A DNA stretch of 64,000 bases from Squalus acanthias (Eukaryota). Both the position numbers and the translations under genes were made by a program. The stretch spans positions 44,456,001 through 44,520,000 of the forward strand of contig CM059432.1 of assembly GCA_030390025.1 (NCBI GenBank). Direction: 5' to 3'. Positions within the stretch are counted from its first letter, which is position 1, and every line of letters starts with the position of its first letter. Of the stretch, positions 52,056 through 64,000 are shown in pieces. The notes beneath the pieces are model-generated. The model ran no database searches, was not told the origin of the DNA, and saw only the letters and a program-made list of their open reading frames with translations.

Positions 52056-52757
52056 TTATTGCCCTTAAAATAGTGAAACTTTGCAAGGTGCTTCATGGGA
52101 GTCAGGGTAGGGGAGAACAGAGTTAAGGAAGTGACCGAAGGCGTGGTCAAAGACATAGGCCTAGAAATTTGATCACCCCCAAAAGCTGGCAGAGGTCTAG
52201 CTGCAAGTTATTTAGCCTTTTAAGCTGATGCTGAGAATTGGCCTGGGGAGAAAAATAGTGCTTCATAATTGACAAGTTGATTTATAAACATATATAAGTA
52301 TCTGTATAAATTAAACAATTATTTGGGCCACATTATGGTGGGAAAGTATGATCAGAAACCTAATAGAGAGAAAAAACATCAATTATACACTGACAAAACA
52401 GAGCCCACATTGAACCACTGGAACAGAGACATAAATATTTCATAACTCCTGCCCCCTCTCAACTCTGCTGTAGATCATCTATGTCCAGTTCTGCACTATT
52501 TTTGTAGGGAAAATAATATAAAACACAGATACAACTCCACAGAGGTAAGATGGTTTGATTTTAGATTTAATTGTGCCTTTTAGTTAGGAATAATATATTT
52601 TAAATCTCACATTGCCCCAAGTGGGGAATAAACATTTAAGATTGTACATTACTGACAAAAGGATAGCATACATTAACTTGAAAAGCGGTCTTATCTTTTT
52701 CTGTATTTTACTTGCTGCTCCACTGAGCACAGCAAATGGTGGAAACACAGCACTTAC

Positions 52758-52783
52758 CACATATTTCTTCAATGTTGAGGTTG
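52758..52783 (-). CDS. NECAB1: NECAB1 26-nt coding microexon (end of EF-hand 2 loop)
   Basis: Minus strand reads ctttgcttccattttAG|C AAC CTC AAC ATT GAA GAA ATA TGT G|GTaagt = NLNIEEIC, matching recalled human NLDTEELC. The terminal G joins the AG of the next exon to give GAG (E) in frame. It is not in the ORF track. Confidence 0.9.
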
Positions 52784-54333
52784 CTAAAATGGAAGCAAAG
52801 TAAAGATTTTTAGTATTATTGCTGACAATTGCTGCCTTGCACATTTCTATTTTCATACATGAGTCATCTTTGATGATGAAAAGAACTATCAAATATTTAT
52901 GGTATGGCACTGTGCCTCATGGAGTATTGCCACATTTCCATTAAAAATGCCCCCTGAGAATATATTTTTAAATTATTAATAAATTAGACTGTATTAATTC
53001 AGTGACATTTTAATTTAAAAATCATTTTGCAATTAAGTTCTATTGGCACTTTACTTTTTTTATATAATTGCAAATAGTATTAGAATTAATCAATTATTTC
53101 AAATGGTGCAACAATAATTAAATAATTCTAGCCAAATATAATGTAATGGGCAATAAATGCCCAGATTGAAAATTATGAAAAGGGTCTCAAAAGACTAAAG
53201 TTAGTTGCTTTGGAGAAATTGCTTATGAAAGTTGCAGATGATTCATTAGGAAGTATGATGATGATTCATTCAGTTAAGGGTGAGGGAATTTATTGGTTTG
53301 TCAGATTGCTGCTTAGTCATGTCACCAACACAAATGCTCTATGATTCAGCCTGTTGGCTTAGTTTTCCAAGGCAAATAAGTTTCATATTCAAGAAGCAAT
53401 CTCTCGTGAGACCTACCTTTATTAAAATTGTGCTGTGTTGCTGCACTTTTTCCAAATTCTGGTTTATACTGGTCTATCTAGCTTTCTACCATGGGAAATA
53501 TTTTCAAGACCATGGAGACATAAAGTTGAATACTTTGTGCTGAAATACAATACCCATGCTTCACATAAGCTCTGTTAACTGTAAACATGATTGATTGCAA
53601 AAACAGTACTGATTGTGACAATGATTGATGGTGTTAAGAATAAACCAGGACTGAAGCCAGTAGATATAATATCAGCGTGACACCGTGGACTAGATTTACC
53701 TCTGCTGTTCCACCCAAAATTGGGCAGTATAGCAAATAAATACAAAGGAAAATTGGTACATTCCTGTCCCAAACTTATTTTCCTATCCTCGACCCTGAAG
53801 GAAAAGCTGCCAGCTACCCTTCATTGCCCTTCTGCATCTATGACAGAAGGGAGGCGGGGCCTGGCAACCTGACTGATTTCCCTATCTCCCTCCTCTGGAA
53901 CCGCTAACCCCAAGGACCACCAGGAGAGGGATAGTGACTGTCTTTAGGACAGCAGCAGAAAGCCCGCTGATGCCCCAACAGTGGGTATCTCTCCCTCTCC
54001 CTCTCCTCAGGCCCCAAAAGCTTACTTTTTTAAAGCCACAGCTCAGTCCAAAGTCTAAATAAAAATGAATGCCCTGACGTTTTTGGGGCTCTTCTACCTC
54101 CTTTAAGTAGCCTTTCTTCTTGTGCTGTGGCAATGGTCCCACTGCAATTTCCTTTCCAGCAGTGGCAGGCTCCCTCTTGGTGATAAAGAGCACACCCTAC
54201 ATGACCTATGACCTAGGGTCAGGGTCATGGCAAAGTTGGGGTGGCAGGCGGAAGTCTCAGTCCAACCCTCTTCTGGCGGAGGAGGGAAATCCAGCGCTGT
54301 AAGTCCATAAGAAAACAGAAAAATGTGGAAGTA

Positions 54334-54602
54334 CAGGAATCCCTCCCCAACCGCGGGGGATACGTCCCTGAAAACCCCCGTGGTTAGTAAAACCGTGGTT
54401 GGCAAATACAGTATAAATGTTCAAATAACACAATAAAAAAGAATATAAAAGCAATAATATCATGTTATTTACCTTAATCCTAAATTAAAAACCGCGTATA
54501 CGCAAAATTCACTGCCACGGTTGGCAAAAGTTGTCGCAGAGAGGAAACCGTGTATACTTGAAATCCGCGTATGGCAAAACCGTGGTTGGGGCGGGATTCC
54601 TG
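54334..54602. mobile_element. Tc1/mariner-pogo (Tigger-like) MITE
   Basis: TIRs CAGGAATCCCTCCCCAACCGCGG / CCGTGGTTGGGGCGGGATTCCTG with a TA target duplication. Confidence 0.88.
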
Positions 54603-54645
54603 TACTCAGCAGGTTGTTCCACATCCATGGAGAGAACATTTCAGG

Positions 54646-54758
54646 GGATAATGCAGGAAAGTGGAGATGAGGTAGAAGATCAGCCATGATCTTATTGAAT
54701 GGCAGAGCAAGCTCGCGGGGCCAAATATCCTACTCCTGCTCCTATTTCTTATGTTCTT
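54646..54758 (+). mobile_element. CR1 3'-tail insertion
   Basis: gatcagccatgatcttattgaatggc...cctatttcttatgttctt. ATTTCAGG is duplicated at 54638-54645 and 54759-54766. Confidence 0.8.
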
Positions 54759-57604
54759 ATTTCAGGTGTAGACCCTTTGTCAGAAAAGTCTATTCCTTAT
54801 TGAGGTGTGTATACAAGGTTTTGGCCCATAATTTTTCAGTTTGAGGTTTTTTTACACATTACACAAAAATGGAGTAAAAATATGAAATAATTTAAATTTT
54901 ATTTCACATTCTTTTCGTCAGTGCTATCTGAGAGCATGCGAGAAGCAGACCAGGGTTGCTTTTCTACACAGTAATTTGCTAATATGGACATCTGAAGGAA
55001 TCCAAATCCCTTGCTATTTTTTAATGGCTTTTCACTATGTGAAATAAGTTTGGGAAATTTCAACCAATTGTTAGTGTGCATGAACCACAGTACAGAACTG
55101 CACATAATTCATCGGCAATTGTCATTAGATTACCAGTATTAAACGAAAGCCACCAAGTTGGCTGGTGTGAGGAATGCAAGATTCATATTGCAGTAGGGGG
55201 ACTTTTCTGCAGTTGGTTGAAGACATGATATTGTGGCAGAGTAGAGAAGCCATGAAATCAGATATTGTGGTCCCAGTGCTGCACCACCTAAAGTGTGGTG
55301 GGGTAAGACTTCTACCCACCTGTTTTCCCTCACTTTGATCCTCCCCAAATCTCTGGGAAGGGGTCATATAAATAGTAGGGAGCAGCGCCCATGCCATTGT
55401 CATTGCTACTAGAGTACCTACCTTGCAGACATAGCTGAATTTCAGAGTTACATCTTGCTGGTCTTCCAATATCTAAAAGGCAATCAATCTCTCTCAGAAC
55501 GATTGCTATTTGGATATGTGAATGTTGCGTCCATATAAAGTTCTGTACGGTAAGTATGTCTACTTCATGCAGGTGTACGTACTGCTGGCCATACAGTAAG
55601 TGGAATTGGTGTGACTTCTGGGAGAACCTGACATCCAGCCCAAAAAGTGAAGTCATCGACAGAGTGGAGCTGGCTGGACAAGCACTCAGGCTCTCCTCCA
55701 TTGGAATTTGTCATTGCAGGATGGCAACTCGGTGGAAATGGGTTCTGCCCCAATTTCCTGCCCTGCTGCCCCACTGTGCCAGATATCCATGCCTCCCAAA
55801 CTCTAGAATTTCTATTCTATGCTCTTATAAAAGGAAAACTGATTTCTATACTGCTCTTTTCCATACTGTAAAATTTATCAATATGATTACCTCGGTCCTT
55901 CCTCCTTATGTTTATATTATTTCTTAAATGTAATATTGAAGAAATATGATTGCTACTTATGTTGCTCAGTGAGTGATTTAAAGTGGGCATAGGACAATTA
56001 TGTACCAAGACAAATGATCTTTCCCTTCTGAAAGTAAGGATGAATGATGAAGGTTAATTCCCACTGTTATCTGCTGAGAGTCACAAGTGAAATAAATTGA
56101 TGGCAGCCTATGCCATTAGTTCACATGGTATAAAGCCGCATCTCATTCAGCTATCTATTCTGGAAAGCCCAGGTCAGCTCCACAGACAATAAAACTGTCA
56201 CTTAATGCAGCGTGAGACACCAATCTACAGCTGCAATTTTGGATCAACTTGACAGTGTGATACTGGAACTCTCCAGCACTGCTGCAACATGCCTTGTCTC
56301 GCAGTACACAGTGCTGTCACAAGATATAGGCAGAAGCTTCTTCAATTCTCAAGGGCTTTATTGACCTCTACTTTGACAAATACCACAAGCAAAACCTAGT
56401 AAAACGAATCTCAGTAACACCTCACAGACCAAAATAGGTTTTGAACATATGCAGCCTGACTGCCAATAATAGTTAAAAACAAATAATTAAAAGAACAGAT
56501 AGCCAGGGTTTAAAGGATGTAAATTATTTGGTCTGATCTAACCACATTCATACCAATTACATATGTCAAGTCATTTATTTATCAGTGTGTGATGATGTCA
56601 AACAGAATTATTAACTCTAACTCGTCACTGATCTCTCAAACTTCTCACTGATTGAAATCTTTGAAGTGAAGACTGCTGACTACCAATGAGACATTCACCA
56701 TCGACCAGTGCGTTGCTGGGACAACGACTGAAAAATATAAATGTAAACAGTTTATAGATTGCACCTGATAACCTGATGTGGATTTATGAAACTCATTTTT
56801 CTGAAGGGAGATTTCATTTTCTTATCATCAGCAGGGATTGGAGCATTATTTGCAGATGGGCTGACAGATAAAATGCTATTAGTAATCATGACGGATTTTT
56901 TTTTTTTTAAATGCATGATGTACTTCAGTTAATACTTAAATTCCTTTCTGAAACCTTCTGTGACAAAGACAGTGAAGCAATGGCTGACAGCATCGGCATC
57001 ATCGGTGACACAGAGGGTACAGAAAGCCTACAGGAGCAAAGCAAGACTTTCACTGCTTTTCTCCGAAACTCATGATCTGAATAAAAATGTGATCATGAAA
57101 TGGTTCAATTATACAAACCCCACAAGATGGATCGCAAATTAATGATAGCTCCAGATAGAGGAGCCATTTGAATTATTCAAATACTCTACTGACTGTTTTT
57201 TAGTTTTTAAAGAGGTTAGGAAACCATTAGAAGCTCAGAATACTCTTCTGCTTCCACACATTTATATTTGAATCCTGCAGTTTGGCTTCACGTCTCGCTT
57301 CTACTGTTTGACAAATCACTTTGATGACTCCCACTGACAGCAAAACAACACTAATGTTATATTTTGGTATGAGCCTGCCTTTTTTGACGTGAGTCTGTGC
57401 ATCTTATCCTGAGCTGACTGACTAATGCCTCATTCTAGCAAGCACAAACTCTGAGGATATTAATCAGGCATGATCTAATTAAACCTGTTTTCCTTCACTT
57501 AAGCATAGTGTTAACACATGTTGGTGTCAGAATTTGCAATTTACAAAAACACAGTCAATGTTTTGGGCTTTTACCAAATTCTGCACCTGCTGAAGTAAAA
57601 CGAA

Positions 57605-58500
57605 GGCTGGGATTTTCACTGTCCGACGCACTGGCAGCTGGAGAGCCTTGACGCGCGTGGGGAACCCGGAAGTTTCAGCAGCGCGTTTGTCAGTGGCTTT
57701 TTAACCCAACCATTGCTTTTGCATCTGACTTCCGGGTTTCCCACCCAATTAACGCGAGCGGGCGTGATGACGACACGCATGGGTCTATTTCAGCTGAGGT
57801 ATTTAAAGGAACTCTGCAAAGATGACAGTTGAAGGATTGCGGAGGTGGGAGAAAGATAGGTAGCTGCATACAATGGAGACTCAACGTTCCACAGCTGCCC
57901 CTCACTTTAGTGATGCCTCCCTGAACCTCATGCTGCAAGGTCCCACAGGGAGGTTTTATTCCTTGCTGATGGGAGGAAGAAGCCAGCCTCACTAATGAAG
58001 AAGGCATGGCTGGAGATAGCAGAGGAGGTTAGCAGCAGGAGTATGGTGCCACGCTCCTGGATACAGTGCAGGAAGCGATTTAATGATATCATGAGGGCCG
58101 GAAAGGTGAATACAATGGCACATTCAACTATATCCTGATGTGCGTGTCACCCCAAACCCCTCACTCTGCCTTCCCAAGCCTACTCCTGCATATCACTCCT
58201 CACAGCAACGTACCTTGCAGGTACACCCATCCCTCTCTGTCTATGCAACTCCTCACATCCCCATCTGACCATCCCCCACTGACACTCACCCTCATCTTAA
58301 TACAATGTCACGCCTCGCACTAACAGTTATCCTCAATAGATGTTGTCCTTTTCCCATTCCACTCATTCTATGACTCTCACTCAAAGGTCTCTTGCTTCCC
58401 TCCTTGCAGGAGAAGAGAGTACAGAACACCAGGGACAGGCAGAGAACCAGAGATAGCCCTTCAGCCATCGCCACGCTCACAGCTAGAGAGGAGGAGGCAC
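57605..58500 (+). mobile_element. Truncated Harbinger element with a spliced Myb/SANT-like (NAIF1-type) ORF remnant
   Basis: GGCTGGGATTTT end. ATG at 57873 leads to AAPHFSDASL, then after a break KAWLEIAEEVSSRSMVPRSWIQCRKRFNDIMRAGK|GT (58105), then ttgcAG|EKRVQNTRDRQRT (58410). Confidence 0.75.
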
Positions 58501-59070
58501 TTTTTGTTATATTTGTTTATGGGATGTGGGCGTCGCTGGCAAGACAAGCATTTATTGCCCATCCTTAATTACGTTTGAGAAGGTGGTGGTGAGCCACCTT
58601 CTTGAACCGCTGCAGTCCATGTGGTGAAGGTACTCCCACAGTGCTGTTAGGGAGGGGTTTCCAGGATTTTGACCCAGCGACAATGAAGGAACGGCGATAT
58701 ATTTCCAAGTCAGGATGGTGTGTAACTTGAAGGGGAACTTGCAGGTGATGGCGTTTCCATGCGCCTGCTACCCTTGTCCTTCTAGGTGGTAGAGGTCACG
58801 GGTTTGAGAGGTGTTGTAGAACAAGCCTTGGCGAGCTCCTGCAGTGCATCTTGTAGATGGTGCACACTGCAGCCACGGTGCGCCAGCGGTGGAGGGAGTG
58901 AATGTTTAATGTGGTGGATGGAGTGCCAATCAAGCGGGCTGTTTTGTCCTGGATGGTGTCGAGCTTCTTGAGTGTTGTTGGAGCTGCACTCATCCGGGCA
59001 AGTGGAGAGTATTCCACACACTCCTTACTTGTGCCTTGTAGCTGGTGGAAAGACTTTGGGGAGTCAGGAG
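58501..59070 (-). mobile_element. 3' fragment of the LINE family seen at 1705-7828
   Basis: Reverse complement of ~7270-7820 (EYSPLA..SAAPTTLKKLDTIQDK). Confidence 0.85.
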
Positions 59071-59072
59071 GA

Positions 59073-59966
59073 TTACATAGGGTATACGGCACAGAAACAG
59101 GCCATTCGGCCCAACCAGTCCATGCCGGCATTTATGCTCCACTTGAGCCTCCTCCCGTCTTTCCTCATCCCGTCTTTACTCATCTAACTCTATCAGCATA
59201 ACCCTCTATTCCCTTCTCCCTCATATGCTTATCTTGCTTCCCCTTAAATGCATCTGTACTATTTGCCTCAACTACTCCCTGTGGTAGTGAGTTCCACATT
59301 CTCACCACTCTCTGGGTAAAGAAGCTTCTTCTGAATTTCCTATTTGATTTCTTGGTGACTATCTTATATTGATGGTGTCTAGTTATGCTCTTCCCCACAA
59401 GTGGAAACACTCTCTCTGTATCTACTCTATCAAAACTTTTCAGAATTTCAAAGATCTCAATTAGGTCACCCCTCAGCCTTTTTTTTCCCAAGCGAAAAAA
59501 GAACCAGCCTGTTCATCCTTTCCTGATAGGTATACCCTCGCATTTCTGGTATCATCCTTGTAAATCTTCCCTGCTCCCTCTCCAGTGCCTCTATATCCTT
59601 CTTATAATATGGCGACCAGAACTGTATGCAGTATTCCTGGTCTAACCAAGGTTTGATACAAGTTTAGCATAACTTCACTACTTTTCAATTCTATTCCTCT
59701 AGAAATAAACCCAAGTGCCTGGTTTGCTTTTTTTTATGGCCTCGTTAACCTGTGTTGCTACTTTTAGTGAATTGTGTATTTGTACTCCGAGATCTACCCA
59801 GACTCGCACCTCCAAGTAATAAGTGACCTCCCTATTCTTCCTACCCAAATGTAATACCTCAAATTTATGTGTGTTGAATTTCATTTGCCAATTATATGCC
59901 CATTCTGCAAGTTTATTAATGTCTTCCTGTAATTTGTTGCAGTCCTCCTCAGTATTGACTATCTCC
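59073..59966 (-). mobile_element. CR1 LINE 3' portion, degenerate
   Basis: ORFs 59180..59491 (RLRGDLIE..FFTQRVVRMWNSLP) and 59699..59971. Confidence 0.88.
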
Positions 59967-60079
59967 TGCATGCAAAAGCATTCTAACCATGGAATAGCTG
60001 CAAAGGAAAAGGTTGCCCATAATCAAAAGCAAAGAAGTCCCATTGAAGGAGAAATGACAACCGTCACCTTAAGCCCCTT

Positions 60080-60529
60080 GAAAGAAAGAAAGAAAGACTT
60101 GCATTTATACAGCACCCTTCACAACCTCAGGGCATCCCAAAGCACTTTACAGCCAATGAATACTTTTGAAGTGTAGTCATTGTTGTAATGTAGGAAACGC
60201 AGCAGCCAATTTGCACACAGCAAGCTCCCACAAACAGCAACGTGAGAATGACCAGATAATCTGTTTTAGCGATGTTGTTGGAGGGATAAATATTGGCCAG
60301 AACATGGGGAGAACTCCCCTGCTCTTGTTCGAAATAGTGCCATGGGATCTTTGCATCCATCTGAGAGGGCAGCTGGGGCCTCAGTTTAACATCTCATCTG
60401 AAAGACACCTCTGATAGGTTAGCACTCCTTCAGTGTCAGACTAGATTTTGTGCTCGTCTCTGGAGTGGGTCTTGAACCCACAACCTTCTGACTCAGGCGA
60501 GAGTGCAGCATCTGAGCCACAGCTGACAC
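60080..60529 (-). mobile_element. Deu-domain SINE
   Basis: Reverse-complement match to 51214-51660, with a (TTTC)n tail. Confidence 0.85.
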
Positions 60530-61649
60530 ATAAGTCTTGGGAGATTACAGAAGAGGTAGTGGGAAATGGGGAAGTTGGAGGTGAGCTGCCAGGGACAGGT
60601 TGTTAATGGTAGGGATTGTCTACTGAACAGTGAGTTGTTACAATTAAGGTGAATGTCTGGAGACTGTAAGGTCTCCTATCATTGCTTAGATGCATCTTCA
60701 AAATCAAATGTGAGAGTCCACACCCTTCAAAATTATTCCCTTAGTTACCCTCCTAGGTGCTGCTTATCAAGAAGCTTTAATTGTGGAGGATGAAGGAATG
60801 GCAGAGATATTCAATAAATACTGATAAGTTGATAGGGTGAGATGAAGTAATGTGGGAGGAGGCTCGTGTGGAGCATAAATTGGCACAGATCTGTTGGGCC
60901 AAATGGCCTGTTTCTGTGCTGTAAATTCTATGTAATTCTATGTAATACTCTGCATTGTTCTTTCATAAATGATAGTGGAAATGAAAACATAGGTGTTCTA
61001 GAGGAGGATATGGAGCAATTGTAAGAGACAGCTGTAGAAAAGAATTTGGTTCTGAAAAGCAGAACTCAAATTGGATAAGTCACCAGGCCCTCATGACATA
61101 CACCCTATGCTGTTGAAAGGAGTTAGAGAGGGGATAGTACACGATGTTTCAATTCTCTTTAATTATGTGACTTGAACTGGAGAATAGCAAACGTAACGCC
61201 TTTGCCACGTGAACTGCATCCAGCAGGTCACTGAGTAAAATGGAACCACTATACTTTTCGAATCCTGCATGACTATTTGCAAGTAGTTCTCACATCACTT
61301 TTACTTCTTTCTGTTAAGCTGGTGTTTAACTTGCAGTATTCCCAGAACTAGCACCTGTGTGTGCCTTCTAATTTAAAAAGAAAAAATCTCTTTCAGTTGC
61401 AACATCTTACAAAAGAGACAGTTCACTGCTGAATCACATGAACATCATATGCATCTTCCCTTTGCAGCAACAACATTTTGGTAATTTTACTCATTTAGTC
61501 AATCTCTCTCTCACCTTTTGGTACTGAATATGCTGGGTTCAAGTGATCAATTTGTATCAACTTCCTACTTTTTAAAAGACATTTTGGGTTAATTTTGTGT
61601 CATGACTTCCTATAAGCATCAAGCGCTCATAGGCTAGGTAGAACACAAT

Positions 61650-62381
61650 GGCCCGGATTTTCCGGGGCCTATGACCGTGTATGTGGCTGTAAGTGTCCCA
61701 CAAGTTCCGGGTTTCCGTGTGCTTCGCATGCGCGAAAACCCGGAACTTGCGATCGGTCAAGATTCAGCTCGTCAGATCCACCGCATCCCCGGGAAATGGA
61801 CATTGGTTGGCGGACTACTCCCCAGCGAATGCCCGTGAAACTCTTATGCCTGGTAAAAGCAGACGTAGGGCCTTCTTTTACCAGCATAAGAGTTTAAATA
61901 AATATTAAAATTATTTAAAAAAATTATTTAAACATAAAGCTTTAAAATTAGTTTAGGTTATTTTTAGCACCTTTAAAACGTTTAAATTTATTTTTCAAAA
62001 AATTAAATTTTTGTTTTAAATGTTTAATTTAATTGTATTTTAATAAATTTTGAACATGTAATGATTTAGTTTTATTTAACTGGTGTGTAATTGTGTTTTT
62101 TAGGGGATTCCTATTCATGCCGATAGGGATTCGGTACGTAAATAGAATCCCCATAAGCATAATGGGGACCCCCCTTTTTGATTGGTTGGCCTGGCCCACG
62201 TGATCCCAGAGGCGCTTGTGAACCGCGTGCACCCCGGGATACGTGGGCCTTTATACATGCGTACGCGCAGAGGCCCAGGAGCGCAAGTGTTTGAACTTCC
62301 GGGACCATTAGATAGGTTCATACTTTTCTTGCGGTTCGGAGGCATTAGCCCGCGGGAAGCCTCCCACCGCAAATTCAGGCC
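61650..62381. mobile_element. Non-autonomous DNA transposon (Harbinger-like termini)
   Basis: GGCCCGGATTT / AAATTCAGGCC ends with CAAT on both sides, CpG-rich arms and an AT-rich centre. Confidence 0.7.
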
Positions 62382-62704
62382 CAATAAAATATAGAACAAA
62401 ACTCCTTCTACCCTGCTCCATCCTCAGAAAATCATTCACTAATGCACCAGTAGAGCTTTTCCATTTTAATACACCAAAATTAGGAGAGAGAATAACTCTT
62501 CCACTGACTGAGATCACAGCTCATTTACTACATATATATTCTCTGATTGCTGTGGAGGGGAAAGGAATATTATGTCTCATGCCTGTGAGATAAGGATGAC
62601 TTGATCACTATACAATTGAACAGTACTGAATTTCATGTGAGCCATCTGAAAGATAAAGCAAAGATGTGTAATGCCAACTGATTCCTGTGTAATGTTAAAT
62701 GTTT

Positions 62705-64000
62705 GGGGGCGATTTTCTCACTGGAGGCGAGATGGAGGTGGGTTTCGGTTTGGGTGGGTTTGAAACCCGCCTCCACTGATAGTTTTCAAAAAATTGTGAT
62801 TTTCCCATAATTGGCCACTTGATTTCAGAGGTGTGGGATGCCCTTGGTCAATTAGTGTTTTGGGACTGAAACCCGCCTCTGCTGACATCACTTTTTCAGT
62901 CTGATTTTATGGCTTCTTGCTGCTTTGGATCATTCCACAGGATTTGTTGTTTCCCTGTTGGAAAGCATTAAAATGATTTGATGCCAAAATGATGGCGTTA
63001 TGGCATCTGTTCTCTTGCCTCCACCACACTTGCGTCGTCAGGTTGGTGGCCTGAGTGAAAGGAGGCCAGACAGTCATGTCCATTGTCAAAGATGTCTTAG
63101 GATGGAGCCAAGGACATGTGCCAACTTGGGCAACCTATACAAACCTGGCCATGATAAGTTCATCCCTTGCATCCCGGGCAGCTATGTGCTCGCGTGCTGC
63201 CGCTGCTGCTGGTCGATACACCGGCGCTCTGACCTCCTCCTGCTCCTCCTCCTCCTCCTCCACCTCCTCCAGATCCTCCTCCTCCTCATCCTCAGCCTCA
63301 TCTGAGGAGGGCTGGAACTGAGCCACTTGCTCCTCAGGAAGCTACAAGCCACGACGCTGTGTGATGTTGTGCAGTGCACAGCAGACCACGACCATTCTGG
63401 GGACCCTGTATGGTGTATACTGCAGGGCTCCACCTGATCGCTCAAGGCAACGGAAGTGCATCTTCAACAACCCAATAGTTTGCTCGATGATGGACCTGGT
63501 CGAAGTGTGGCTGGCGTTGTAGCGCTCTTCAGCCTCGTTAGCTGGCCTCCTGATCGGCATCATTAGCCACTTCTTCAGGGGGTAGCCCTTGTCACCAAGG
63601 AGCCATCTGTTAAGTTGGTTTGGCGGATTGAAAAGCGGAGGAACACTAGAGTGCCGCAGGATGAAAGAGTTATGGCAACTACCACAGAACTTGGCGCAAA
63701 CATGCAAGAACTCCTTCTTGTGGTTACACACCAGCTGTACGTTGAGGGAGTGGAAGCCCTTGCGGTTGACAAAGATAGCTGGGTTGTGATGGGGTGCCCT
63801 AAGGGCCACATGTGTGCAGTCTATGACGCCCTGCACCATTGGCATGCCTGCCATATTTGCAAAGCCAACCACATGTGCGGTTATACTTGCTTGATCCCTT
63901 GTGAACTGGATGTAATTGTGGGCATTAGCAAAAAGGGCATCGGTAACCTGCGTGATGCAACTGTGGGCGGCCGACTGGGAGATGCTGCTGATATCTGCTG
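62705..64000 (-). mobile_element. PIF/Harbinger transposon end carrying a HARBI1-like DDE transposase (continues beyond the window)
   Basis: GGGGGCGATTTT terminus at 62705, followed by the transposase frame listed next. Confidence 0.85.
63135..63998 (-). pseudogene. Harbinger transposase C-terminal part with one in-frame stop
   Basis: Frame is open from the window edge ([22 protein letters not shown]...) through [35 protein letters not shown] and CCALHN. TAG at 63342-63344, then the same frame continues through an acidic tract to RDELIMARFV*. Confidence 0.88.

Noticed and set aside
56840..56870. Plus-strand ALFADGL resembling NECAB1 YFADGV
   Set aside because: Wrong strand for the gene, very short, and no surrounding similarity.
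63135..63998. Host HARBI1 gene
   Set aside because: It has an in-frame stop, an altered conserved motif, an adjacent transposon terminus and an intronic location.

Overview
Repeat-dense vertebrate genomic DNA, most likely a shark or other elasmobranch (inferred from HE1/V-SINE-like and SacSINE1/Deu-domain SINEs and HER1-like CR1 LINEs). The window appears to lie inside the NECAB1 gene on the minus strand. Two coding exons are visible: a 26-nt microexon at 52758-52783 and a 98-nt exon at 43581-43678. They splice in frame to [41 protein letters not shown]. The rest is intron. The dominant structure is a ~24-kb G-rich minisatellite at ~12330-36500 (23-24-bp unit CATGTGTTGTATATTCAGGGGG[G/C]C). 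It has ~1-kb and ~8-kb higher-order duplications and two young retroelement insertions, and the hundreds of ORFs called over it are artefacts. Other notable items are a five-level nested transposon stack (1.5-8 kb), a 2.4-kb palindrome made of two inverted LTR-like copies, and a ~180-bp direct repeat bracketing the satellite that carries a hairpin and a micro-inversion. There is also a minimal Penelope-type hammerhead ribozyme motif in a 146-bp insertion, plus many PIF/Harbinger elements including a nearly open transposase. I found no clearly novel multi-gene system. The findings are structural and evolutionary leads. Family names come from motif recognition and recall, not database searches.
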